A DNA stretch of 64,000 bases from the NCBI GenBank assembly GCA_033977065.1, contig JAXCHI010000003.1, positions 224,001-288,000 on the forward strand. The letters are read 5' to 3'. Below, piece after piece: positions 37,471-46,689 of this stretch; the stretch's first letter is position 1, and every line of letters starts with the position of its first letter. Source of the DNA: Candidatus Algichlamydia australiensis (lineage in GTDB: Bacteria > Chlamydiota > Chlamydiia > Chlamydiales > JAJFMI01). The notes under the pieces are model-generated. The model made no database searches, had not been told where the DNA came from, and worked only from the letters and a program-made list of their open reading frames with translations. Position numbers and translations under genes: made by a program.

Positions 37471-37620
37471 ATCACTGCTCCTTTAGATAAGATTTTGAAA
37501 ATTGAGGCAAAATTGGTTTTGGAGAACAGGGCTAACTCTATAAGAGTTAGCAAGTTCGAAAAACCGATTTGAATCGATTTTCGAAGGCTTATCGAAAGGT
37601 CTGAGTTGTTCAGGGTCCCC
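37460..37620. repeat. MITE-like repeat family C, full copy (161 bp)
   Basis: GGAGGGACTGAATCACT...AGTTGTTCAGGGTCCCC; central CTAACTCTATAAGAGTTAG; colinear with 53716-53876. Confidence 0.8.
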
Positions 37621-37621
37621 T

Positions 37622-37949
37622 TCACTCGCGATCTTCGATGTTAAAGATATCTTTCATCGTCTGGGAGGAGACTTCACGACCTTCAACGGCAATCGATTCT
37701 GTAAGAGGAATTTTTTTAGGACAGACTTGAACACAATTTTGTGCATTGCCGCACTCGCTTATGCCCCCCTCACCCATCAAGCTCTTAAGTCGCTCGCGCT
37801 TCGTGCCTTGACCATTGGGATTGAGGTTAAAAAGACGCACCTGTGAAATAGGAGCTGGTCCAATAAACTTGGACTGATCGTTGGTTTGTGGATACGCCTC
37901 TGAGCAGCAGCCACAGGTCATGCAGGTAGAGAGGACATACATCGTCTCC
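37622..37949 (-). pseudogene. sdhB: Duplicated 3' fragment of sdhB
   Basis: Ungapped match to 40327-40654 (about 26 mismatches by hand count); Fe-S Cys changed to Tyr (EACPQ to EAYPQ). Confidence 0.92.
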
Positions 37950-37961
37950 ATCGCACGCTTG

Positions 37962-37983
37962 TGATCTACCCCCAATTTTCGTC
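37962..37983. mobile_element. Solo IS3-family terminal inverted repeat
   Basis: TGATCTACCCCCAATTTTCGTC, 18/22 identical to the IS end at 39674, same orientation. Confidence 0.65.
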
Positions 37984-38251
37984 GTCCCATTACCTGCCTT
38001 CCTCTACTTTACCCGAGGCGTTCTTTTCTTCTAAAGGCATCTGCCTGATTTTTGAGGTTCACTTTATACAAAAAACGCAGGAAAATAGAAACGCAATTTG
38101 CTTGCTTGAAAACACGAGGATTTCGAACAGATTTTGGCGATACAGGTTTATTTATTTGTTTTTAATATATTAAATTTTGTTTTAAAATATTTTTTAATGT
38201 AAAAAGTATTTATATATAAATAAACAAGATCTATGATATTATTTAACAATA

Positions 38252-39382
38252 ATGGAACCGAGTAAAGTAGCCCACCCCTATTCCTATTATGAGCCTATGG
38301 CCATTCCCCCCATTCAATTCACTTTTGAAATGGGCCTAAAAGACGACTATCTAGCTGAAGTTAAAGGGCATATCATCGCCGACCAAAATAGACTAATAAA
38401 CCTTTACTCAAACCAACACGATCGCATAGAAACCATAGAAATAGAAAAAGCAGGAGAAGAAACCCACTTTAAAGGGAAAGTAGCTCTATTTCTTAAAATC
38501 ACAACATTTCAAAATAAGACTATTCGTTTGGTCTATAAACCTCGTAAATTAGACCCAGAAAAGCACCTAGAAGATTGTATAGAAGAGTTAACAGGTAGGA
38601 GCAAAAGACGAATGCTCCTTTGCGATACCTATGGGTATGACTTTTTTATAGAGGGCACATCTCTAAAGGGTCTATCAGGAAAACTATTATGTAAAAGATT
38701 AATCGAATTATGCGAATTAAATGATATAAATAAAAAAACAATAAGTATATTGCACAAAATTGGATTCGAAGATACTCACGGAGAAAATTTTATAGTAACC
38801 GAAGACAATAATCTGTATCTATATTTTATAGATGCAGAAGTTTATCAAACAAAAACGTCTGTTAATATAGAAAGTGTCTACCAAGAGCTCGAAGAGCAAG
38901 GTTGCTTTGCACAAGAAGACGAAAATACAAAAGAAAGAATTGAACATTACCGAAACCTTGTCAAAACCACTCCCACTCGACTTATACTTTGTAATACTCA
39001 AACATACCAACTTTTCTACATTACAAAAAAGTTCAATAAACCCTTTAATTTCAAAAATCTATCAGTAAAAGAAGTGCTAATTCAAGGTGGTTCTACTCTT
39101 TTGGAGCACCACACTGCTAGACTAGCACAATTCTTGTATATAAATGGTTTTATCGAGCTTGAAAACGGTATGAGTTTCAGTGAAATCTCAAAAGTAGTTT
39201 CTAATTCTTTTGAAGATGAAAATGCAATCGATTTGATAGAAAAAGAATTAGATGCATCAAGAGAAGTAAAATCAGATGTCCCAGTTTTTTATTTTCACCT
39301 AATTGACTGTTTGGTAGAATGTCCAATCACAGGTAGGAAACTACCCTTGAAAAAAAGAGAGGAAACGAGCGATGCAAATTAA
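38252..39382 (+). CDS. Stand-alone LanM-type dehydratase (DUF4135-like) domain protein
   Basis: GEETH, LVYKPR, YGY..FI, DTHGEN, FIDAE, RxxxxxTQTY, DVPVF in LanM order; no LanC-like domain. Confidence 0.75.
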   Translation: MEPSKVAHPYSYYEPMAIPPIQFTFEMGLKDDYLAEVKGHIIADQNRLINLYSNQHDRIETIEIEKAGEETHFKGKVALFLKITTFQNKTIRLVYKPRKLDPEKHLEDCIEELTGRSKRRMLLCDTYGYDFFIEGTSLKGLSGKLLCKRLIELCELNDINKKTISILHKIGFEDTHGENFIVTEDNNLYLYFIDAEVYQTKTSVNIESVYQELEEQGCFAQEDENTKERIEHYRNLVKTTPTRLILCNTQTYQLFYITKKFNKPFNFKNLSVKEVLIQGGSTLLEHHTARLAQFLYINGFIELENGMSFSEISKVVSNSFEDENAIDLIEKELDASREVKSDVPVFYFHLIDCLVECPITGRKLPLKKREETSDAN

Positions 39383-39662
39383 ATCAGAAGATGCAGCTTA
39401 TAACGGATCAACAAACCTTTATACCCAGGGTTTCGAGTCTGAAGTAAATGGAATATTACTAGAGTTGTTCAATAAAAATGATGTTGAGAGTCTCTCAACT
39501 TACAGAAAAAAAATAGAAAACATTTACACTCAATACTGCAAAGACACAGAAGATCAAAAACACCGCGAAGAGATACAAAAAGACCTTAGCGCATACAAAG
39601 TTACAGCCTTAACAAACCTAGAGAATTTTATAGAGTGTATACGAGCTCAAACTACTAATTGA
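39372..39662 (+). CDS. Small helical hypothetical protein coupled to the dehydratase gene
   Basis: 96 aa, GAGG SD, 11-bp overlap with upstream gene. Confidence 0.6.
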   Translation: MQIKSEDAAYNGSTNLYTQGFESEVNGILLELFNKNDVESLSTYRKKIENIYTQYCKDTEDQKHREEIQKDLSAYKVTALTNLENFIECIRAQTTN

Positions 39663-39673
39663 GGGTTTACCAT

Positions 39674-40166
39674 TGACTTGCCACCAATTTTCGTCCAAAT
39701 ATAGCTAGATTTTCCTTCTTTTTTGCTCTTAAATACTCTTTTGGTGCCAGGTATCCTGACGAGCTATGTGGTCTCTGATTATTGTAATCATATCTCTATT
39801 CTTCAATGATTTTTGCAGCTTTTGATATATTTTGAAACCAGTTTTGGTTCAGGCACTCTCTCTAAATTTCCCATTAAAGCTTTCTATATATCCATTTTCT
39901 GTTGGTTTTCCTGGTGTTATGTAATCTAAATGCACTCCTTTTTCTTGAGCCCATTTTCTAATTGCTTTCGAGGTTTATTCAGGACCATTATCCACGATGA
40001 TTACTTCTTGTAGCCCTCTTTCTTCTGTTAATCTCTCCAGTTCCTCAATCACTTCCTGTGAGGGTAGTGTTCTCCCTACTTTAACCCCTACAATCTCTCT
40101 AGAAAAAATATCTATTACATTCAGCAGCCTCTCACTCAAGTCATACTGCGAACTTAAATAACTCAC
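39674..40166 (-). mobile_element. IS3-family (IS407-group-like) transposase OrfB remnant with right IR
   Basis: LNVIDIFSRE...DNGPE*...PGKPTENGYIESFNGKFRE..LNQNWF...YNNQRPHSS with stops/frameshift; IR TGACTTGCCACCAATTTTCGTCC. Confidence 0.88.
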
Positions 40167-40209
40167 AGCTTTTTTTGCTTGTGGTGAGCTTGCCCACCCC
40201 CTTTTATTG

Positions 40210-40325
40210 TGACAAAATCAATTTTGAAAGACAAATCTAACTCATTAACAGTTAGCGAATTTGAAAAATTGAGTTTGACCAATTTTCAGGTCCTTATTGG
40301 AAACTCTGAGTTGTTCAGAGTCCCC
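40210..40325. repeat. Family C repeat, left-truncated, downstream of intact sdhB
   Basis: CTAACTCATTAACAGTTAG centre and CTGAGTTGTTCAGAGTCCCC end. Confidence 0.65.
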
Positions 40326-40326
40326 T

Positions 40327-41094
40327 TCACTCCCGGTCTTCGATATTAAAGATATCCTTCATCATCTGGGAGAAGACTTCACGACCTTCAACGGCAATCG
40401 ATTCTGTAAGAGGAATTTTTTTAGGGCAGACTTGAACACAATTTTGTGCATTGCCACACTCGCTTATGCCCCCTTCGCCCATCAAGCTCTTAAGTCGCTC
40501 GCGCTTGGCGCCTTGTCCATTGGGATTGAGGTTGAATAGACGCACTTGGGAGATGGGCGCAGGTCCAATAAATTTGGACTGGTCGTTGGTTTGCGGACAA
40601 GCCTCTGAGCAGCAGCCACAGGTCATGCAGGTAGAGAGGACATACATCGTCTCCTGCACATCTTGAGAAACTTTGGGCCCAAATCCTTTAATATGACTCC
40701 CATCACTCTCAATCCAAGAGTGGGTTTTTTTCAGATTTTCAAACATTTTTGTCCGGTCAACAACCAAATCGCGAATCAAAGGAAACTTTGTAAAAGGTGC
40801 TAGAACAATTTCATTGGAACCCGTCGCTTTTAAAATAGGATCAACAATGGCGGTGCAAGATTGGCGCGGTCGCCCGTTGATAAGCATAGAGCAAGAGCCG
40901 CAGACCTCCTCAAGACATCCCTGCTCCCAAACAACAGGCTCTACTCGCTCGCCCTTGCGATTAACCGGCTCTTTTTGAATCTCCATTAGAGCAGAAATCA
41001 CGTTGAGAAAGGGCTTGCGCTCAAGCTCAAACTCCTCCCAGTACTGTTTGCCAGGAGTGCCGCGAAAAACTTTGAGGATAAAACTATTTTCCAT
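40327..41094 (-). CDS. sdhB: Succinate dehydrogenase iron-sulfur subunit
   Basis: CLEEVCGSC, CMTCGCCSEACP, CGNAQNCVQVCP. Confidence 0.96.
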   Translation of the reverse strand: MENSFILKVFRGTPGKQYWEEFELERKPFLNVISALMEIQKEPVNRKGERVEPVVWEQGCLEEVCGSCSMLINGRPRQSCTAIVDPILKATGSNEIVLAPFTKFPLIRDLVVDRTKMFENLKKTHSWIESDGSHIKGFGPKVSQDVQETMYVLSTCMTCGCCSEACPQTNDQSKFIGPAPISQVRLFNLNPNGQGAKRERLKSLMGEGGISECGNAQNCVQVCPKKIPLTESIAVEGREVFSQMMKDIFNIEDRE

Positions 41095-41095
41095 C

Positions 41096-42979
41096 TTAAA
41101 TTGGCAGCTTGATGTTACTCGGAACATCTTTAAGCTGCGGCTTGACCTTCTTTGTCTTCGAATAATCTCGTAATATCGGGTCTAAGTGGCGAATGTCAAC
41201 CTTCCCGTAGGAAATTTGCGGCCCTTCAGGGGCGTAGGTAGCAAGAGTGGTTTTGAGCCAATTCTCATCATCGCGCTCAGGAAATTCTGGTTTGAAGTGA
41301 GCGCCGCGAAACTCATTGCGCTCGAGTGCGCCTTTGGTCATTACAAGGGCGAGCTCTAGCATCGGCTCAAACTGCCTAGCAAAGATATACGTCTGGTTGT
41401 GCGCGTCTGTTGTATCATCTAGTTTGATTTTTTTGGCTCGCTCGCGCAGCTCCAAGATCCTGTTGTAGGTCATCTCTAAATCTTTGTTATTGCGCTTAAC
41501 CGTCACATTACCAATCATCAGATCAGCCAGTTCATCATGCAGAGCGTGTACGTTCTCTGGACCATTTCGAGAGATCATCTCTTTTTTGGCCGCTTTTTCG
41601 GCACTTAACGCCTCTTCGTAGTGGCTCTCACCTAACTCTTCAAATCCTCTTTCAAGACTCTCTACATAGCGCGGCACCTCCACACCCGCTACAAGCCCCC
41701 CAAAAATACAGGAGAGAAGCGAGTTGGCACCCAAACGATTAGCGCCGTGAAACTGGTGGTCCGATTCACCGATGTTGAAGCAGCCAGGGATGTTGGTCAT
41801 CTGGCGATAGCGCTCCATACGGTCGGGATCATCTGCAGAGGGCCAGTCGACCCAACCACCGCCCATCGAATAGTGCATACCTGGGAAGATACGCATTGGG
41901 GTCTCGCGTGGATCTTCACCTGTGAATTTGCGATAAATTTCTAGAACAGACTCCAGTTTATGCAGAGTAGCTTCTGGAAGATGGGTTACATCAAGATAGA
42001 CCTGATTTTTGCCATCAATGCCCATTCCCAGCTCACAAACACGCAAAATTTCGCGTGCGGCAATATCGCGAGGAACAAGATTTCCAATTGCTGGGTAGAG
42101 CTCCTCAAAGAAAAACCACGGCTCTCCCGTCTTGCCACAAGGAATGCTTTTACCATCAGGTGTAGTAATTGATTTGCCCTCATCCCCATAAACCCAGACT
42201 CTGCCTCCCTCACCGCGAATCGACTCCGACATCAGCCGCAACTTGTCGTGTCCAGGAATCGATGTGGGGTGAATTTGAATGAACTCGCCATTCGCATATT
42301 GCATTCCTTGCATGTAGAGCCGCCCGTTAGCTGCTCCTGTACAAAAGGTAGAGTTTGTTGAGCGCTTAAACACCATCCCAGGACCACCTGTCGCAATGAC
42401 TACAGCGTCTGCCTTGAGAATTTCTGGCTGCATGGTGAAAAGATTTTGCACCACAATTCCCCGGGCGCGCCCCTCGCTATCCTTTACAAGACTCATGAAT
42501 TCGTAAAACTCAAATTTTTCGATGAGTCCCGCTACCTCATGACGGCGCACCTGCTCATCTAGAGCGTAAAGCAGCTGCTGGCCTGTCGAGGCGCCACAAA
42601 AAGCCGTGCGGTTGTAAAGCGTGCCGCCAAAACGGCGAAAGTCAATATTTCCTTCAGGAGTACGATTGAAGGGACAACCAAAGCGATCGAGCATCATAAT
42701 GATCTCAGGAGCGCAGAGGCACATCTCTAAAATGGGCGGCTGGTCAGCGAGAAAATCGCCCCCCTTAATTGTGTCATAGGCGTGAATCTCCGGAGAGTCA
42801 TCTTCCCCTTTTAAATTGATCGCAGCATTGATTCCGCCCTGAGCACAAACCGAGTGCGAGCGCTTCACTTGGGTTACAGAAACAAGCTTGACACGGCACC
42901 CCTTTTCAGCAAGACGCATGGCACACGCCAAACCTGCTAAACCTCCCCCTACAACTATGACTTCTCGCGTTTTAACCAA
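41096..42979 (-). CDS. sdhA: Succinate dehydrogenase flavoprotein subunit
   Basis: RSHSVCAQGG, QIHPT, HYSMGG, HGANRLGANSL. Confidence 0.97.
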   Translation of the reverse strand: MVKTREVIVVGGGLAGLACAMRLAEKGCRVKLVSVTQVKRSHSVCAQGGINAAINLKGEDDSPEIHAYDTIKGGDFLADQPPILEMCLCAPEIIMMLDRFGCPFNRTPEGNIDFRRFGGTLYNRTAFCGASTGQQLLYALDEQVRRHEVAGLIEKFEFYEFMSLVKDSEGRARGIVVQNLFTMQPEILKADAVVIATGGPGMVFKRSTNSTFCTGAANGRLYMQGMQYANGEFIQIHPTSIPGHDKLRLMSESIRGEGGRVWVYGDEGKSITTPDGKSIPCGKTGEPWFFFEELYPAIGNLVPRDIAAREILRVCELGMGIDGKNQVYLDVTHLPEATLHKLESVLEIYRKFTGEDPRETPMRIFPGMHYSMGGGWVDWPSADDPDRMERYRQMTNIPGCFNIGESDHQFHGANRLGANSLLSCIFGGLVAGVEVPRYVESLERGFEELGESHYEEALSAEKAAKKEMISRNGPENVHALHDELADLMIGNVTVKRNNKDLEMTYNRILELRERAKKIKLDDTTDAHNQTYIFARQFEPMLELALVMTKGALERNEFRGAHFKPEFPERDDENWLKTTLATYAPEGPQISYGKVDIRHLDPILRDYSKTKKVKPQLKDVPSNIKLPI

Positions 42980-42986
42980 TTGATCC

Positions 42987-43934
42987 TCAATTTTTTAAAT
43001 TAATCCAATAAGTGCCCCAGACAGAGGCAAGACCTAAAAAGGCAATCAGTGCCATAATCCCATAGCAGACATTGATTGCGCGCTTCTGCGAGCGCATTTT
43101 CAACACAATTCCCCAAGTGATCATGAAAGTCCAGAGGCCATTAAACGCGTGGAAGACTGCAGCCAGGACAAAAATTGTATAAAGGGCACTCTCAATGGGA
43201 GAGCTGAACGCGTCGCGAACGGTCAAAAGGGTCGCTGTTCCAAAGTCAGGAGCAGCCGCCATTACTTGGTCAGACTCCAGCTTTTTACTCGCTAAATCCT
43301 CAACCCACTTCGCACGCAACTCTTTTTGTTGCAACTCAACACCTGCTAATCCTAAGAGATCTTGTGGACTTATCTCTTTTTGCAGAGCAGCTATTTGCTC
43401 AGATGTAAAAAGCTTAACGCCAAGACGATCCGCAACAGTAGGCAGGCCGGGATCATCATTTAACCGCACAAAATAACTCTTTTGAATCCCCTCATCAAAA
43501 ATCACCGGATAGCGGTAAAAACGCATGTAGCCCACATGAGCAATGATCCCAAAAAGCAAAATCCACGAAGTAATCCTTTGCCAGGTATAGGCGCGATTGC
43601 GACCATACTCAGGAAGGGAAGGTTTCGTATTGTCCCCCACCCGATTATTGCTCTTGGCTGTAAAAATATAGCGAATCCCCCAAAAAGCGTGCATCGCAAT
43701 AGGAATTGCTAGCAAACCAATCTCTATGAAAGGTAGATAGGGCAGATTTTTGATGAAATTGACCGCATGAATAAACCCCTCCCCATTATCACCTATTAAA
43801 AGTGCTGATTGTGAGTTAGTTACAATGTGCTCTAGCAAGAAGATCACAAGCCAGAGCCCTAGCAGAGAGTGGATCCGGCGCCAGAAAAACTGCCGATTTA
43901 GGCGCTCATTTTTCGCTTTCATTCCTCGGATCAT
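42987..43934 (-). CDS. sdhC: Succinate dehydrogenase cytochrome b558 subunit
   Basis: RRIHSLLG, WQRITS, FHAFNGLW; Bacillus-type SdhC. Confidence 0.93.
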   Translation of the reverse strand: MIRGMKAKNERLNRQFFWRRIHSLLGLWLVIFLLEHIVTNSQSALLIGDNGEGFIHAVNFIKNLPYLPFIEIGLLAIPIAMHAFWGIRYIFTAKSNNRVGDNTKPSLPEYGRNRAYTWQRITSWILLFGIIAHVGYMRFYRYPVIFDEGIQKSYFVRLNDDPGLPTVADRLGVKLFTSEQIAALQKEISPQDLLGLAGVELQQKELRAKWVEDLASKKLESDQVMAAAPDFGTATLLTVRDAFSSPIESALYTIFVLAAVFHAFNGLWTFMITWGIVLKMRSQKRAINVCYGIMALIAFLGLASVWGTYWINLKN

Positions 43935-44075
43935 ACCTTTTTTCGAAAAAAAAGCTAATCTTATTCAAAAAAAATCTCTTAAGTCGTTGACTCTGAGTAT
44001 ATAAAAATTATTTGACAAAGATTATAATAAAACCTTAACATTAGATTAGTTAAAAATTAATGAAAGGAAAAAATT

Positions 44076-44759
44076 ATGGCAGAGACATTTGTAAGTACCC
44101 CTCCATCAAACAGAGACCCACTACAATTCCGAACAGTAGTAGATAAGATTCAACCAACCGAAGTATCTACAAAAGAAAAAGCCGCAGAGCTTGGAAAAGA
44201 GATTGTCAAGACAGGCGGCAGCCTCGCAGGAAAAAAGAGCGTGCAAGCGACTGTGATCACAGCAGGCCTCCTCACAGGAAGCGCACTTATTGGAAGCGCT
44301 GTGGCAGTTGCAACACTTCTTTCTTCACCCGCATTTATCCTCATACTTCTCCCCGGCTTGATTACAACAGGCATTGGGTTAAGTCTTTTGGATATTTCAG
44401 TTGTTACGCAAATAGGAAAGCATCTATCAAACAGAGCTCCTGAATCTACTAAAGAGGTTGCAGATCTTTCTGAAGAGTCAGACTTATTTAGTATTGAAGA
44501 TGTCGAAGATGTTGAAGATGATTTTCCAGACTTTGAGGATGATTTTAACGTAATCAGTACAGCAGCTGCAAAGATTAAAGATGGGAAAAATGACCTGCAA
44601 GAAGTTTTTCCAAGCCATCTTAGTTTCGATTTATTTGATGTAAACGAACCTGTTGAAGAGCGAACAACTCTTTTGGATCTTGTCGATCAAGATAAGCAGA
44701 GCCTTCTATACCGCGAGATGAAAATACGCGGTGCAGTGCACTTTACCGAACGAGTTTAA
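44076..44759 (+). CDS. Putative inclusion membrane (Inc) protein
   Basis: ~50-aa bilobed hydrophobic domain with central SSP turn, no Sec signal, acidic tail. Confidence 0.65.
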   Translation: MAETFVSTPPSNRDPLQFRTVVDKIQPTEVSTKEKAAELGKEIVKTGGSLAGKKSVQATVITAGLLTGSALIGSAVAVATLLSSPAFILILLPGLITTGIGLSLLDISVVTQIGKHLSNRAPESTKEVADLSEESDLFSIEDVEDVEDDFPDFEDDFNVISTAAAKIKDGKNDLQEVFPSHLSFDLFDVNEPVEERTTLLDLVDQDKQSLLYREMKIRGAVHFTERV

Positions 44760-45516
44760 AAAATTGAGAGGCATTCTCGTAAGTTGCCTGAGATGCTTCC
44801 GTAAGTGAGATCTCTTTGAGATCCGCAATACATTGGCATGTTTCTAGCACAAAGGCAGGCTCATTGGGTCTGCCTCTCCTTTTTTGGGGAGCCAAGTAAG
44901 GCGTGTCTGTCTCAATCACAATATGTGAAAGAGGAACTTTGCGAAAGACTTCGCGCAATGCTTCCGATTTCTTAAAAGTAATGATTCCACTGGCAGAAAT
45001 AGGCCAGTTGCGATCCAAAGCCTTTTTTGCCTCCTCCCAGGTTCCTGTAAAACAGTGCATTAAGCAGGGGGCGGGCGCTCCTTTTTCACGATACTCATTG
45101 TCTGCTATCTCAAAAAGATCTGCAAACGCATCGCGACAGTGGATGATTGTGGGTAATTTTGTCTCCAAAGCAAGATGGAAGTAGCGAGTTAAAAATTTTT
45201 TCTGCAGGGCGCGATTGGAATGCTCGTAGAAATAGTCTAAGCCCGTTTCGCCAATGGCAATAAGTTTTCCTTCCTTAGCAGCTTTTTCAAAGTGGGGAAA
45301 ATCTTTTTCACCGAGCTCCTCCACATCGTGAGGTGTGGTGGCCCCCGCCTGATAAATCCACTCTTCGCTCATCCTAAGGCCCCGGTTGAGCGTCTCCTCA
45401 TCGGTGCAGATATTTACAATTTTTTCTACGCCTGTCTGCTTAGCGCGTTTTAAAATTTCTGGTAACTTGTCGTAGGTATCGCCCCAAGTTAAGTGAGCGT
45501 GTGTATCAAAAAGCAT
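44743..45516 (-). CDS. tatD: TatD family hydrolase
   Basis: DTHAH, IGETGLDY, HCR, HCF, ETDTPY. Confidence 0.95.
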   Translation of the reverse strand: MLFDTHAHLTWGDTYDKLPEILKRAKQTGVEKIVNICTDEETLNRGLRMSEEWIYQAGATTPHDVEELGEKDFPHFEKAAKEGKLIAIGETGLDYFYEHSNRALQKKFLTRYFHLALETKLPTIIHCRDAFADLFEIADNEYREKGAPAPCLMHCFTGTWEEAKKALDRNWPISASGIITFKKSEALREVFRKVPLSHIVIETDTPYLAPQKRRGRPNEPAFVLETCQCIADLKEISLTEASQATYENASQFFKLVR

Positions 45517-45544
45517 ATGGCGATTATCTCAAAATGTGACTACA

Positions 45545-46267
45545 ATGCCAAGCATGAACTCACTTCATTTAATCATGAGCGCCTACCGCGAAAGCGACGG
45601 CTTTGGGAAATTGATTTTTTTCTCCCTCTTTGGCCTCTCCGTTTTAAGCTGGGCCGTTTTGATCCACAAAGCTTTAGTTTTAAGAAAAGTGGAACAGGGG
45701 CGAGAGGGCGCGCGCCAAAGAATCATTACGCAAAAAGAGCGATTGCTTGATATCACACTAGGAGCAATGGGACCTGAGCTCCCCTCTCCTTTTGTTGCGA
45801 TTTTTCACTCTTTGAAAAGCAAAACCAAAGAGGTTTTAGAGAAAAACCATTTTTTTAAGAAGGGAGAAGATGACCCCGTCTATCTCTCCCGCTCCGACAT
45901 GGAGCTAATTGAGGGTTCAGTACAAAATTCACTTGCGGCTGAGACCAAACAGTTAGAAAAAAACCTCTTCATCCTCTCTACGATTGTGACTGTGGCCCCA
46001 TTTCTAGGGCTTTTGGGAACTGTTTGGGGGATTTTGCTCACCTTTGCCGGTTTGCAACAGGGATCCAGTTTTGCTTCCTCGCAGCTCATTATGGGCGGTC
46101 TCTCAACAGCCCTTGCCACGACCGTTTTGGGTCTTGTAATCGCCATTCCCGCTCTTATCGGCTACAACTATTTGAAAAATCGCATACGCGAGCTGCATGG
46201 TGAAATGGAAGAGTTTGGCGCGGAGCTTGTGGGGACTGTTGAACTGCAATATCGCAAGGTAGAGTAA
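45545..46267 (+). CDS. tolQ: MotA/TolQ/ExbB proton channel protein
   Basis: APFLGLLGTVWGI, ALATTVLGL. Confidence 0.9.
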   Translation: MPSMNSLHLIMSAYRESDGFGKLIFFSLFGLSVLSWAVLIHKALVLRKVEQGREGARQRIITQKERLLDITLGAMGPELPSPFVAIFHSLKSKTKEVLEKNHFFKKGEDDPVYLSRSDMELIEGSVQNSLAAETKQLEKNLFILSTIVTVAPFLGLLGTVWGILLTFAGLQQGSSFASSQLIMGGLSTALATTVLGLVIAIPALIGYNYLKNRIRELHGEMEEFGAELVGTVELQYRKVE

Positions 46268-46689
46268 TGTTTAGGCGTGGTAAATTTCGCAGCTCCTCAA
46301 GCGCACTCGAGGAGAACCTCATCAACCTTACTCCTTTAATTGACGTGGTTTTTGTCATCCTTATTGTCTTTATTTTAGTCGCCCCCATGCTAGACACTGA
46401 TCAAATTGAACTACCAGGATCAGGAGCGGCCACTAAAACTATATCGGGCCATGAGAGCATCCCTGTAAAAATTATGGTGAACCAGAAAGATGAAATCACA
46501 TTGAATGGACAGCGCGTCACACTGCGTGAACTCAAACACAGAATGCGCGATCTCTATCTAGAACACCCCAATGAAAAACCGCACCTATTCCAGGATCGCA
46601 AGGCACACTTTGGCATCTACCAAGAAGTAAAAAACTCTGTTGAAGAGAGCGGCTTTTCGCAGATGGAAGTTGTATTAAAGAAAGAATGA
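46267..46689 (+). CDS. tolR: ExbD/TolR protein
   Basis: INLTPLIDVVFVILIVF. Confidence 0.9.
   Translation: MFRRGKFRSSSSALEENLINLTPLIDVVFVILIVFILVAPMLDTDQIELPGSGAATKTISGHESIPVKIMVNQKDEITLNGQRVTLRELKHRMRDLYLEHPNEKPHLFQDRKAHFGIYQEVKNSVEESGFSQMEVVLKKE

Noticed and set aside
37622..37990. A second functional SdhB (122 aa)
   Set aside because: N-terminus is read from the IS end, the 2Fe-2S domain is absent and a cluster cysteine is mutated
38252..39662. Complete class II lanthipeptide cluster
   Set aside because: No cyclase domain, recognisable LanA leader/core, transporter or protease in the window
39674..40166. Active IS3 element
   Set aside because: Internal stops and a frameshift, no OrfA, no convincing left end
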